This document shows positions 36,926-49,879 of a DNA stretch of 64,000 bases, piece after piece. The first letter of the stretch is position 1. The number at the start of each line of letters is the position of its first letter. The translations under genes and the position numbers were made by a program. The DNA comes from Heterodontus francisci (lineage: Eukaryota), in assembly GCF_036365525.1 (NCBI RefSeq), contig NC_090393.1:12966785-13030784 (forward strand). Direction: 5' to 3'. The notes below the pieces were generated by a model. The model was not told the origin of the DNA, did not search any database, and was given only the letters and a program-made list of their open reading frames with translations.

Positions 36926-37604
36926 CTCCACTGAGACAGTGTAGCAATCAGTCGTACAAACATTTGCTGATGTATAATCACCCTTGGCCAGAAACGCTGA
37001 TGCAGACCCTCCTGCCACTCACCATAAGAGTTAACTCAGCATAGGCTAGAAATCAAACTTAGGACCTTTCTGAGACCCAGAAGCCTCAGTCCCATGCTAG
37101 GCAGTGCAGTCACGTTAGAGAGAAACTCCCAGTCTTTATAGTTCAAAAAAAATTAAAATAAACCACTTATCATTTGTAATTCAGTACATTCCCAGTGGAC
37201 AAATGGTCCTAGGATTTCTACACTACGGAGACATCAGCACGGCCCAAGCTGTCTGTTCTCTCCTTGAGTTTTTTGGCTCAGTGTATGAGATTTTATCTTA
37301 GTATTTCACTGGCAAATGCAACTCCATACATGCACAAAGGTTTGCTTCAATCTCAATTACAAACATGATTTTATCCCTGGGAAATTAGCAAAAGCATCAA
37401 AGAGATGCAATCAGCACAATGATTATTGCAGAAGGCAAAGGTAATGCTATGACCCTACTCTGATACCTCATTCATAAGCAGTCTATACTTCACATGGCTG
37501 TTGAATAGACAGACAATTGAATTGGGAAATGACTTCAGTCAGACCACAGTGTCTTATTAAAAAATTATAGACACAAGTTTCAGTGACTATAATTATACAG
37601 AAAG

Positions 37605-37832
37605 ACATAGAATATCCAGCACAGAAACAGGTCATTCAGTCCAAATAGTCTGTGCTGGTGTTTATATTCTACAAGAGTCTCCTCCCATTCCATCTCCTTC
37701 ATCTCAATCTTTCTGCATCTCTTTCTATTCTCTTTGCTCTCATGTACTTGTCTAGTTTCATTTTGAAAGCATCTAACCTACTTGTCTCAACCGCTTCCTG
37801 TGATAACGAGTTCCATATTCTAACCATTCTCT
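37605..37832 (-). mobile_element. Short CR1 3' end
   Basis: CATAGAATATCCAGCACAGAAACAGGTCATTCAG..GAGTTCCATATTCTAACC. Confidence 0.7.
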
Positions 37833-38026
37833 TGAGTATCTTACTTCAGGAGCCTTACTTTAGGAATCATTACAGTATTTCTGCCACAGACAAGAGTGAC
37901 TTTTGCTGGTATGTATTAGTTGTTAAGATGGCTGAGCTGATTCAGAGAACTAAGGAAGGAGAAAAGGTTGAAGACAAGAGTTGCAACATCTGCAACTTCT
38001 TCTCCGTGAGCGTGGATCCGCACTAG

Positions 38027-38801
38027 GGCCGGGATTTTACTGAGTTCCTGACATCGGGTTCCATGGCAGGGGTTGGGGGCCGGAAGATTGTTCTGGCAGC
38101 GGCCCGCCACAGAACCCGACGTCAGATGGGCAATGGGACCCGGATGAACATATTTATATCGTTGAAAGGAATACATTTAAATAAAGTCAACAGTGATCTT
38201 ACCTTCGGGCCGCGATTTTCCGAGTGGTGGCCGCGCTCACTCGCCTTCACTTTCCCGTCCAGGGAAAGCAGGTGCCACCGTGATGGGGAAGGGGGGATCT
38301 TATGATTTTTAGTGCAGTGGGGTGGGGTGGGGGAAGGGAAACGGGCTCTAATGCAAATTACTAGTGTAGGGGAGAGTGGGAAGGGGAGACCTCTGCACTT
38401 TGAACAGTTTGCTGGGGGCGGGGGGGGGGGCGGCTAGGTCAAGTGTTGAAGGTAAGTGTTTTGCAGGGGAGTGGGCAAATGTTGAATTTAATTGTTATTG
38501 TGAGGGAGGGGTGATAGATTTATCGGCGGTACATTGGGAGGGTAGCCCTTTCAAAATTTAAATGGCTTGGCAAGGCTGGCTGCCCTTTACAAACGGCCTG
38601 TGCACAGGCAGCTGACGCCACTGCCGGAATCAGACAGCCCACCCCCTCCAAGTGATTGAGGGGGGGTGGGGGGGGGGGTGGCCCGACCGTCTCATTATCC
38701 TGGGCTGCCATGAGGAAGATCAATGCAACAAGGCGGCGCGTGGCCCGCACGATCAGCCCCCCATTTTTCTCGTCCGGCGACAGGAGAAGAAAATCCAACC
38801 C
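38027..38801. mobile_element. GC-rich MITE (PIF/Harbinger-like), subfamily B
   Basis: 12-bp TIRs GGCCGGGATTTT / AAAATCCAACCC with a perfect 3-bp TSD TAG (38024-38026 and 38802-38804). Confidence 0.82.
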
Positions 38802-39317
38802 TAGGAGTGAGGAATTACCCCAGTGTTTCTTTCAGTTTTAGCTGAAAGCAAAAAAAAACTGGTCAGCCCAAGGAAACAAATTTCCTAAATCATCAATTTA
38901 AGATAAAGGAGTAATTGCCTTGTTCCCCTTTGCAGCTATTAATTCAGCTCCCTCATTCCCTCAGATTTGATCGCTCCTCCAAACTTATTATCCCCATTTC
39001 AGTAGTCAGATGGAACAGAAGGGCTGCCATGGCTGGATACTCCCACATGAAAGGTGGCCGAGGGAGAGTGAGTATTGCATAGATGTGGATCAAGGAGGGA
39101 GAAGATCAGGATCAGGATCAAGAACCAGCAGCTTGAGACAGACAGAGGTATGATCAGAGATGGACCAATAACGTTGACTAATCGGGAGCATAAACTGGAG
39201 CCTCCCTCATCTTTGCAGTAGAGATACAAGACTGTTATCCAGACAGTATCCAAGCATGACAGTTCTTATAGAACCCATGTGCTATTTGACATCCAAGATT
39301 TGACAATGCAATCTCCA

Positions 39318-39612
39318 GGATTTAAGTGCATAATCTAGGCTGATGACTCAGTGCAGTACTGAGAGGGTTGGAGGCTCCATCTTGCAGATGCGGTGTTAAA
39401 CCTAAGCCCCATCAGTCTGTCCAAGTGGGCATAAAAGATCCTAAGATTGTATTTGAAGACAAGAAAGGGAGTGTCCCAATTATTCAGTGCAACATTCCGT
39501 CAGTACTGAATTGGAGTGTCAGCCTGGATTACACACTCAAGTCTCCAGAATTGGAATTGAATCTACAACCTTCTGACTTAAAGGTAAGAGTTTTTCAACT
39601 GAGAGAAGGCTG
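39318..39612. mobile_element. Deu-SINE 5' fragments, rearranged
   Basis: GTGCATAATCTAGGCTGA..CAGTGCAGTACTGAG on +, followed by an inverted copy of the same head (CAGTACTGAATTGGAGTGTCAGCCTGGATTA). Confidence 0.6.
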
Positions 39613-39614
39613 AC

Positions 39615-39870
39615 TATTATATGTATATATTGCTATACTATCTGTAAAGTGTTAGGAACTAATTAGCTAGGAACCAGTTGTTATGTGTAAGTGTTCCAAT
39701 AGGGGGACACAATCACAGCTGCACTGGGGTGTCATGTTATATGTAACACAAGAACCAAGGGCATCATGTTCTACAGCAAAAAGCACAGTGCTGATATAAA
39801 CCAGACTGACTCCAGTATTTTCCAAGTTTAAAGTGTGATTCTTTCCAGCATCTGGGAACCAGAAACAACA
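39615..39870 (+). mobile_element. LTR related to Gypsy element 2
   Basis: GTGTTAGGAACTAATTAGCTAGGAACC..GTGTAAGTG..AAGTGTGATT..GAACCAGAAACAACA matches the LTRs at 48717 and 52763; no TSD found. Confidence 0.65.
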
Positions 39871-40484
39871 TAAAGATGAAACAGACACTAACAGAACAGG
39901 AAGAGCAGAGTGTGCTAGGAATACAGGCTGTGATCAACTAAGCTGTCTAAAGTATGCTGAGCGATACAAGATCAGGCTCGAATGTACAGAGCATACTAGG
40001 GCAGAGGGTATCAAAATATACCAGAGGAACGTGACAACAAGGCTAAGGAAAACAGAGAATGGGCCAAAAGGGGGAATTAAATTTCAGCTTACCAGCTCTG
40101 CAGGAACAAACAAGCTCACAGACATCACTCTCTGTATATTTTGAATGTTCCAATGAAAATAATAGCAATGTGAGATGTTTTGTTCTAGTGAATGAGACTG
40201 GACCTAAAACAACAGCAGTCAGAAATTGTCTTTATCCTTTTACAATCCTAGGTAGGGATCCTGTAGAAGCAGTATTTTCACATGACACTGGAGAATGCCT
40301 TATTTCCTCAGGGGGCAATGGTTAAATTAGGACCTTTTCTTTAAAAAGAACAAATTTGTTGTAGCCATTGTTAAGGGAGTCACATACACTGTTGGTTTTC
40401 ATTAACTCATACCTTGTTTCTTGTCAGCAATTCTACGTGCACAAACACTGAAATCAATTTCAGCACAACACATTTGACATTAAA

Positions 40485-40640
40485 AAAAGAAAGACTTGCA
40501 TTCATATGGCGCCTCTCACAACCTCAGGACATCAGAAAGTGCTTTACAGCCAATGAAGTACTTTTGAAGTGTAGTCCTTGTTGTAATGTAGGAAACGCAG
40601 CAGCCTATTTGCATACAGCATGATCCCATAAACAGCAATG
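40485..40640 (-). mobile_element. Deu-domain SINE 3' half
   Basis: GACTTGCATT..GCTTTACAGCCAATGAAGTACTTTTGAAGTGTAGTC. Confidence 0.75.
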
Positions 40641-40832
40641 TTTGTGGAATGAGGAATTTAATCTACGAATTGTACTGTACTGTACTTGATTACAATCTGG
40701 TTGCCTTGGCCTAGGCATCAGGACCACCATTTTGTTCTAAAAGCAGTAGGTTTTCAAACCCAGGCCAAAAATGGGGAATAACTTGACCAGGAAAGTAGCT
40801 GCAAGCATCCGCAATTGAATAACAACTGTACA

Positions 40833-41408
40833 TAGAACCACATAAAATGTACAGCACAGACACAAGCTATTCATCCCATCTAGTCCATGCTGGTGTTTAT
40901 TTTCCACATGAGCCTCATCTCATTCCTTTTCATCGTACCCTAGCAGCATAACCTTCTAGTTCTTTCTCCCTCATGTGTTTAACTAGCTTCCCCTTAAAGG
41001 CCTCTATGGGTCAGGAACATTGTGGGCTTGAGGCCTAATCCAGACGTTCCGCAGGTAATCTAAACTGAAAACACTCCAGTGCAGTGCTGAGGGAGTGCTG
41101 CACTGTTCGAAGTGCTGTCTGGATGAATTGTTAAACTGAGGCTTTACCTCACCACCTCAGTAGTTCAGATAGATGTTCAAGATCCCATGTCAATATTTCC
41201 AGAAAACCAATTTCCTGAACAACATTCCTCCTTCAACCATCAGCACATGAAAAAAAACGAGCAACTGGTCATTCATCTCATTATTACTTGTGGCCTCTTG
41301 CTATGCACAAAATAGCTGCCACCTTTGCATACAAAAAATCACTTCCAAATAACGCATTTTGAGATGTCTAAGAGACGTGACCAAATGATATAGAAAGGCA
41401 AGTCTTTC
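40833..41408. mobile_element. CR1 3' end (minus, ~40833-41008) plus Deu SINE (plus, ~41060-41408)
   Basis: The same motifs as other copies of each family in the window. Confidence 0.65.
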
Positions 41409-42015
41409 TCTTGTTTAACTGTGATGTGCGTCACCTTGCACAAGCAAAGTTGCATCGAAGTAAATCTGTAACTGGGTTGAATTAAAAGCATTATAACAAA
41501 TTGGAACCTTTCCATGGGATGTATTTCTTCAATATAAACAGGGTATCAATCCATTCCTAGTTGGTACAACACAAAATGGCGACGTTTTCCATTGCTAATC
41601 ACTGACATTACCACAAAAATACAACAATTAATGAAATCCTACACTTTTTTACAGACAGGGTGGATTTACCTGTATCCAATATGCACACAGCTGGAACTGA
41701 TTCAAATTCTAACCATATCTTGACCAAAAAAAAGTGCTCATGGAGTTCAAACATTGTCTTTTGAAACATTCTAAATGAAATGTTCTCTACACACCCCGAC
41801 AAGTAAGCACTGTATGTCATGACTGATGTCTGTTAGGATTTGTGTCATATGAGAGAATGGGATTTTATATTACTTAGAACTTTACAGCAGAGAAAGAGGC
41901 TCTTCATCCATCCCTATCTACGTATCTTTCTACTCCTTTCTCCCTCATGCCCTTATCTAGCCTCCCTTTAAATGCATCTATAATATTTGCCTCAAGCACT
42001 CCTTATGGTAACTAG

Positions 42016-42253
42016 TGTTGCGTGTGTACACCTTTAAGAGGTGTGGCTTCAAAATCATGATAGTAATACAAGAGCTATGATGTAACACACCATGTGATTC
42101 TGAGTGTTTAGCATTCTTGAAGAGACACCTGCATAATAAACATCTGCTCTCTCAGTACTCAATAACGAACCCACAACAATGCATCACTGATCTCATCTGG
42201 AGTGGTCAGTCTTTGTGGTGAAGTCTCCACAGAGGTTCAAGGAGCACACAGCA
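42016..42253 (+). mobile_element. Probable short solo LTR inserted in a CR1 3' end
   Basis: TGTTG...CAGCA termini and AATAAA. The flanking CR1 (41873-42015 and 42254-42300) is collinear across it; TSD degenerate. Confidence 0.55.
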
Positions 42254-42380
42254 TTGAGTTCCATATTCTAACCACTCTGTGTAAAGAAGTTTCTCCTTAA
42301 TATATTAAACCTAGCTTTGCAAGCAGTTCTCACTAGAAAGGAGAAAAAAAATCACAGGAGTTTCTTGGGACTGGAGACAG

Positions 42381-42624
42381 TGTTGTGTAATGTACCTTTA
42401 AGATCTTCGTATGCTGATAAGCCAGGTGCCAGGATGCAGTCATGTGACTACATGCCACCCCACTCTGCAACTGTAACACCAAGAGGTAGGACCTGCAAAT
42501 AGATAGCTCTGTACTGTATATAGTTGTTAGTTGTTTAATAAACCTGTTTTGAGATCTTCAGCTATCTGAACTCCATGCATCTCATTATGTTGCATCAGAC
42601 AACATAAAGAAGCTTCTCATTGCA
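42381..42624 (+). mobile_element. Solo LTR related to Gypsy element 1
   Basis: TG...CA termini, perfect 5-bp TSD GACAG, reverse-complement homology to the LTRs at 2905 and 9494. Confidence 0.88.
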
Positions 42625-43094
42625 GACAGAATTCACCAAAAAAAATAATCAAGAATCTACTGTGAAGATTTATCCGGAAAGTGCTGGTCAACAGCTCTTT
42701 GTATGCAAGTACAGCTTGCAGCTGTCTGTCATGCCTAAGACTATATCGTGTATCCAATAGTTACGAATGGGTGTGAATCCACAGAACAGCCCAAAATTCA
42801 ACACTTAGACATTAAGTTGTTAATCTTGATCAGAGCATGATGACACAAGGAGACTAACAGTGAAAAGTGAACTCTCATGGAATTATGGCAGGAAGTAGTT
42901 TGGTGAGGTTTGTGGTTATGATGCAGTGCTGGGGCAGAACGAAAGCGAGTTTATTGTGTTCTAAACTCGTACACCGATGACCTGGTGATTCTTGATGTTG
43001 CCAATATCTGTGAAAGGTATAGAGCATCACTTCTACAGAATTGAGTTCCTTTCTTTTAATACACTGCAGAACAAAGTCCACACTTTAAAAAAAA

Positions 43095-43465
43095 TCTTTA
43101 TGGGATGTGGCTATTTCTGGCAAGGCCAGAATTTATTGCCCATCCATAATTGCCCTTGAACTGAGTGGCTTGCTCAGCCATTTCAGAGGGCAGTTAAGAG
43201 TCAACCACATTGCTGTGGGTCTCAAGTCAGATGTAGGCCAGACTAGGTAAGGACAGCAGATTTCCTTCCCGAAAGGACATTCGTGAACCAGATGCATTTT
43301 TACGACAAATGATAGTTTCATAGCAACATTACTGATACTAGTTTCCAACTGCAGATTTTTTTTTAATCAATTCAATTTAATTGCCACCAGCTGCCATGGT
43401 GGGATTTGAACCCGTGTCCCCAGAGCTTCTGGATTACTAGTTGAGTGACATTACCACCAGCTCCC
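43095..43465 (-). mobile_element. tRNA-headed SINE with LINE-derived tail
   Basis: Minus strand head TGGTAATGTCACT..GGGTTCAAATCCCACCATGGCAGCTGG (A/B boxes); tail shared with the 20395 LINE. Confidence 0.72.
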
Positions 43466-43507
43466 CAAACATCGATGGTTAAAATATTTTTTTCAGAGGT
43501 ATTCATA

Positions 43508-43990
43508 AGACAACAACAGCAAATTACATTTGTATAATGCCTTTAATGTAGTAAACCATCCCAAGCTGCTTCACAGGAGTATTATCAGACAAAAACTGAC
43601 ACCAAGCCAAAGAAGGAGACATGAAGGACTGGTGACCAAAAGCTTGGTCAAAGAGCTAGGTTTCAAGGAGCGTTATAAAGCAGGAAAGAGATAGAGAGAC
43701 AGAAAGGTTTAGATGGGGAATTCCAGACCTTAGGGCCAAGGAGGCTGAAAGTGCGACCACCAATGAAAGAACGATTAAAATCAGGGCAGCACTCAAGGTC
43801 AAACTTGGAGGAATAGAGTTCAGAACTTTGTAGGGCTGGAGGAGTTTACAGAGATAGAGAGGGGCAAGGCCATACAGGGACTTTAACACAAGGAGGTGAA
43901 TTTTCAAATCGAGGCATTGGTGGACCAGGAAACAATGTAGGCCAGTGAGCAAAGGGATGATGAGTGAACGAGACTTGGCGTGAGCTGGGG
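43508..43990 (-). mobile_element. L2 LINE 3' fragment
   Basis: IIPLLTGLHCFLVHQCLDLKIHLLVLKSLYGLAPLYLCKLLQPY resembles the L2 motif HITPVL..LHWLP..RIDFKILLL.FKAL.GLAP.YL; (GTT)n tail. Confidence 0.82.
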
Positions 43991-45819
43991 TAAGAAATCC
44001 TGGAGGCCACTTGCAGCACACTTCCTTTTCACAGGTGGCCCTGGCAGAATTCCTACTCTATGCATCTCCAAGCTTCCATTTATAGCTTGTCTTGTTGTGA
44101 GATGTTGACTCAGCTGGGTGTCAGTGCTATTTTCTCTCTTTATCTTGTTCATTAGTCAAAGGAAGCAAAGGTATATAATTAGGAGGCAAGGTTATACCAG
44201 CCTTCAAGCAGAATCCCATTAAAATAGAATTATACAATAGAAATGCTGGCCTTGCAGTTTTATATTCTCTTCCTCTCCTGTGGGGAGATGACTAACCTTC
44301 ATTGGCAATTGCTTACAGTGAAATGACTGACATCAAGAGCTCAGTGTGTGGGGAATTACATGCACATCCCATCATTCCATGTTGGGTCGTTCCTGAGTGG
44401 GCCTTGAGCACCAGGTACGTTCGGTTTCTGGTCCTTGAAAAAAGTTAGGGTGAGCTAACATGAAGTGACAAGTGACATTTATCCTGTACTGCAAGACGAG
44501 TTTTCTCCAGTGATACTGTAACAGCTGTCCCAAAATCTCACCATATGTGTCTGCGCAGTTTGAATGTATTTGAAGAAAACATAATTGAAAGTGACTTTCA
44601 GTGAGCAGAGAGGTTGCATTATTGATGAGATGAATAGTCTGAGCTGTATTGGAGAGGTTTCCTCAGGTTTTCAAAATGTCAGACTGTGAAAAGCAACGAG
44701 GAAAGATGATTTAATTGAACTTAAAAAGATGAGATATCTTAAACTAAATTCAACAGGTTTAAAAAAAGAACAGCCTTTGCATTAACCATCCATTACTTCT
44801 TGAAAAAAGCCCAATTCCTTGAGGCATTCCTGTTCGCTAAGAATCCTAGGGTTGGGTACTATTTTTGATGCCTTCCTTGGAACAATCTCCAAGGCCTCGA
44901 TCTTGCCAGCATCAAGTGAAGACCAAGCATCTCTCCACACGCAAAGAAGGGAGCTTAAAACCTTAAGGGCAATAATTCTATTCAACAGTTCTATTCTCGG
45001 CTACTCTGTTCAAATTTAATGGCATCCTGCACCTTCTCAACTCAAACAAAAGTGAGAAGCAATTACTAGAAGACTTTTTCCTGTCAAACTTAATTTGGAG
45101 AAGTTCAAAGGGAAAGTATGTGAAAGCACAACAAAAACAAAAGATTGATTGAACTCACACTGTCTTGATCTGCTTACAAAGCGAAGTAAAAGAGCCAGAG
45201 CTTTATGGAGCTCAAATTTTTATCTCTTTACCTGATTAACTTTGTTTGATTTCCAGTGTATTGCACAAACCTAATATATTGTGAAGACCTACAGGATGAT
45301 TTTCATCTCACCATCCCATGGGTCTTCGCACTGTAGTCTCTAGTTATATAAAGAAAAGGAAAAATGAGAGTATGAAAATGTTTAGTAGATTGTATGACAA
45401 GGCAGATCCCAATGCAAAATATTTTCTGCGCCAACAACACACTTAAATACCAGAACACAGGAAACTTAAAGTGGACTAATTTTTGCATCTCACATAAGGA
45501 ACAGTCTTTGTTGATAGTCTCCTAAAAACACGATCTTTTCCTATACCTCACTGAATCATAGAATGGTTACAACACAGAAGAAGGCCATGTGGCCCATTGA
45601 GTCCATGACGGCTCTCCACAAGAGCAAATCAGCTAGTCCCACTTCCCTTTTCAACACTACTATTCCCATAACACCCTCTAATACAATAGGCATCGTTTAA
45701 GGCTCAAATTATATGCCAACTGTGACTGGTGTGTGATTAAGAGCTATTTCACAACATAAAATATGTGGCACAACAGGTCTAAAATAGAGAAATTGCACTA
45801 AAGACCCTCCTTGATTGAA

Positions 45820-45988
45820 AAAGATTATCCGGTCATTACCACATTGCTGTTTGTGGAAGCTTGCTGTGCGCAAATTGGCTGTCACATTCCAAAAGTGACT
45901 ACACTTCAAAAGTACTTCATTGTCTATCACGTGCTTTGGAAGTCCTGAGGACATGGAAGGTGCTATAGAAATGCAAGTCTTTTTGCTT
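45820..45988 (+). mobile_element. Deu-domain SINE 3' half
   Basis: GATTATCCGGTCATTACCACATTGCTGTTTGTGGAAGCTTGCTGTGCGCAAATTGGCTG. Confidence 0.78.
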
Positions 45989-47694
45989 TGTCTGAACAAT
46001 GTCCCTTGTAATGAGGCACACTCACATTATTGTAACCTCTGATGTATTGGAAACATTGCCACATTTCAGAACACAAGAAAGGCAATGTTTGGTTAAGTAA
46101 ATCTTATTTTTGTAAATGTAACAACTTTAATTGTCCTTATATTGCTAACTGTATTTTCAGCACTATGTTACTCAAGTTAATGACAAGCAAAGAGAGTCAA
46201 CAAAGTATTTGCTAAACTTCAATTTCTTTGTTTTTTATTGGTGGCTTTGTTCTGGGTTCAATATCTTTAAGAATCCTTAGTTAATTTATTAGCAATTTAT
46301 TTAGTCACTTTTCCTGCATTTGACTGGCACACTATCTACATCAAATGTGCGACCTGAAGTAAGATGGACACTGAGGAATGTCAGTCACAAAATATGTAGA
46401 GATCGCTACATAAATATAGATATAGTCATAAATATAAGCTTCCTAAATATAACCTTCTGAGGAGGGCTTATGTATCTTATGCATGTTTTCCTAATGGACT
46501 GAAATCCTATTTATATGCTCATATGGAGGGACTTTGAAACTAATTTACAAGAGTATATTTTAAAAAATGAATGAATGTATTTTCTTGTTTATAGTTAAAT
46601 CTAAGGACTCGCTCTTCAAATAAAAACAGATGCTTAGTCAGTAGGTTAAACTTTTAGGAGATGGTCTTCACAAAATGAAGGCTCGCATCTGAAATATTTA
46701 AGTTGTCTGACTGAAGTGAGGCATTGCCAACATTTTTGATCTGTTTTCTTCCCCCATATTTTCAGCGTTTTGTTTTCGTCTTGCACATTTGTTTAAATTC
46801 CAGCTGTTTAAATAAGGCATTTCAGCATATGTGTGAGCCAGCGCAGAAATAGTTGCTACACCCTTAGCAAACCTGATGAATTATGTAAACGGACGAGCTC
46901 TAACCAATTCCCTTCGGGCAACCTCAAGATGCAAAGTCTCTACCACCAGTATTTGGATCAGCTCTCTGTACTCTGCAAGATGTTTGACACATACAGCCAA
47001 CTGAAACAGTAGTTAATGCTTGCATGATAGTTCATAACCTGAATGCAATCCACTGCTCCATCTGAGCTCTGAAATCCAGTCTACTAATTACACTTCGGTT
47101 GGGACATCAATTCTACATCATGCCATGCCTGGTAATGAGAAATGGTTTCTGCTGGAGGACCATGCACAGAATGGAATGTTCTTTCCCTGTGTTATAGATG
47201 GAAGATTAATGTTCCACTCTCTGAGCTTTTCCTCATGATTTATACAAGAAAATACATAAGAACTCAAATAATGAAATGAGACACAAAACTGTCGATACCA
47301 CTGAGCAAAAAGAAAAAGTTACTTCGTTTAAAAAGTGGAAGCTTTCCTTTCAAGACACATTTTTGAAGAGTGCCAATTATTATTTAGGCTTTAGAACCAT
47401 TATTTAGGTTTACTTGATAGGTGTTACAGTTATTTCTTTTTTGGCTTGTGAACTTTAGTTTAAATGATGTCTTGAATGGTGTGTTACTGTACAGGACCAT
47501 TAAGCAACTGGGCTTCCCAAAGAGTCATAATGCACCCATTCGTAATGAGGACCTGGGTTCAAATTGAATCCAGACAGATGGAATGGAAGCCTCTTCTCTA
47601 CTTGGTAACAGCTAAGCATCAAAAGAGAAATGCGTTTCATCCCTCTCAATATAGTTTCGCGTTCAATAGAACCTACAGCACAAAACAGCCCACA

Positions 47695-48415
47695 ATTCAG
47701 GAGTAGTTGACATGAATACCATGGATGCTTTGAAGGGGAAACTAGATTGGTACATGAGGGAGAAAGGAATAGAAGAGTATACAGATTGGTTTAGATGAAG
47801 TAGGATGGAGGGAGGTTTTTGTGGAGCATAAATACTGGCATAGACCTGATGGACCAATGGCCTGTATCGGCACTGAAAATTCTATGTAATTGGATAATCT
47901 CACTCAAAGAAGCCATAAGGATAGCTGATGAGAAAAAATGGAAAACACTGGTAAAGTTGAAACAGAGGGACGGTCTCTTGCAATTTTAGCGTTAAAGCAC
48001 TGCAGTCAATTGGACATACAGAGCAGTATAGAAGATTAAGGGGTGATGTAATTGAGGTGTTTAAGGAGATTAAAGGAGTTGATAGGGTAGATAGAGAAAA
48101 ACTATTTTCTCTGTTGCGGGAGTCAAGAATAAGGGGGCATGACACTAAAATTAGAGCCAGGGACATTCAGGGGTGATGTCAGGAATCACTTCTTCACACA
48201 AAGCGTATTGGAAATATGGCACTCTCTCCCCGAAAAATCTGTTGAGTCGGGAGGTCAATTGAGAATTTCAAAACTGAGATTGATAGGTTTTTGTTAGGCA
48301 AGGGTAATAAGGGCTCCGGAACCAAGGTGGGTCGATGGAGTAAAGAAACAGACAAGCAACGATCTAATTAAATGGCCCAACAAGGGGCTGAATGGCTTAA
48401 TCCTGCTCCTATTTC
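47695..48415 (+). mobile_element. Two CR1 3' fragments (47695-47890 and 48025-48415)
   Basis: AGAAGATTAAGGGGTGATGTAATTGAGGTGTTTAAG..CACTTCTTCACACAAAG; same family as the copy at 10400. Confidence 0.82.
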
Positions 48416-49047
48416 TGATTTCCATTTCCTAAAAACTGCAACAACAAAAAAGTCCTTTCTCTAATATTACCTCTGACAGAGCAACATTTAAACTCATTGC
48501 AATGCTCAATGACTCTAGAAGTCTGTGAACTACTGTTATGCCACTGACGGATAAGCAGTCGGAATCCAGTCTACCATTGATGCAATGTGGGCACAGGCTG
48601 GCATACTGGCTTCCTGTGACACGGACCACACAAAAACTAACCAGGCCATATGTTAACCTGTAGTCACATGCTGATGAGGATTGGATTCCTGGGCAGCATC
48701 TTGTTTGCTTTGCAACTGTTATATATAGTTATTTTAGTCATACAGTGTTAGGAACTAATTGTTAAGTGTAAGTGTGTTCCGGAGGCCATATTTCATTGCT
48801 GCACTAGAGTCATGTGACATGTAATACTACACCAGTCTACAAGCAGTCCTTACCAGGCAGCATGGAAGCTGAATGAAATAAACAAAGAGCTCCTAAAGTG
48901 TGAGTATTTCTAACTTATGGGAACTAGAAGACATAATATGGTGGCAGAAGGTGTCTGTGAGTAAACATATAACATTTGCAATGAATTTAATGCAAATTAG
49001 TGCCAAAGGGAGAGAGAGAGAAACTGAGTGAATCGTACAAAAACAAA

Positions 49048-49860
49048 ATGACCACCTGCAAAGCAATGAATGCACAGCTACATCCCATAATAAATTGGGA
49101 AGCTGATGATGTCATAGAGGCATTTGAGAAATTTAAACAAAAGTGCAGATTGATATTCAGTAGTTTTCTAAAAGGAACTAGCAAAGAGTAGAAGGTCAAC
49201 TATATCCTTCTGTGGGCAGGAGATAAAGGATTAAATTTGTTTAACAGCTGGGAGCTGAGTGAAGAGGACAGCAGAAACCCAGGCAAAATTTTTGAAAAAT
49301 TCAACACCCATCTCCAGCCAAAATCGAATCATCAGATATACCGATATGAATTTCAAGGCCTCAGACAGGAATTTGGTGAGCCTATTGACAATTTCGTAAC
49401 AAGATTGAAAAATGCAGCCAGAAAATGCAAATTTAAGGACACAGATGAAAGGCTGATAACTCAGCTAATTTGGGGTTCTGCACACCCTGAAGTACAAAAA
49501 GTTCTAGTTGGAAAGGACAAGCTCACAATATCGCAGACTGTAGACATTGCTACAGCACATGAAACCACGAGCAGACAGATGAAGACATTGACTACCCAAA
49601 CGGCTAGGCTTCAGCTAAGCCAAGAGAAAGGTAGCAGGGTCGATGCAGTGAAACCACAACAAAAGAATGTACATCAGACAGAGAGGAAGACATGCAGGAG
49701 CTGCAGACAACCACATGAATTCATAGACAGAAGGAAATGTCCCGCATATGGATCAATCTGCAGAGTTGCAGAAAGACCAATCACTGGGAAAAGATGTGTC
49801 GAACAAGGGAAGAAAGTGGCAGATGAGTCACCAGAAACAGAGCAACAGGGCGAATGAATA
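49048..49860 (+). pseudogene. gag of Gypsy element 2
   Basis: INWEADDVIEAFEKFKQKC..*..YRYEFQGLRQEFGEPIDNFVTRLKNAARKCKF..CRSCRQPH..KCPAYGSICR/NHWEKMC; one stop and one frameshift. Confidence 0.9.
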
Positions 49861-49879
49861 GGAAAAGATCACAAAATAT

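Noticed and set aside
39870-40060. Possible gag remnant after the 39615 LTR
   Set aside because: No PBS and only vague coding-like composition; no reliable motif.
43385-43465. tRNA-like sequences (also the HE1 heads and ~47545)
   Set aside because: These are SINE heads continuous with SINE bodies; no complete cloverleaf, so they are not tRNA genes.
46873-46900. CTGATGA hammerhead-like core
   Set aside because: No stem II followed by GAAA.
48671-48695. CTGATGA-GGA..TCC hairpin
   Set aside because: Stem II is present but is followed by TGGG rather than GAAA, so it is not a hammerhead.
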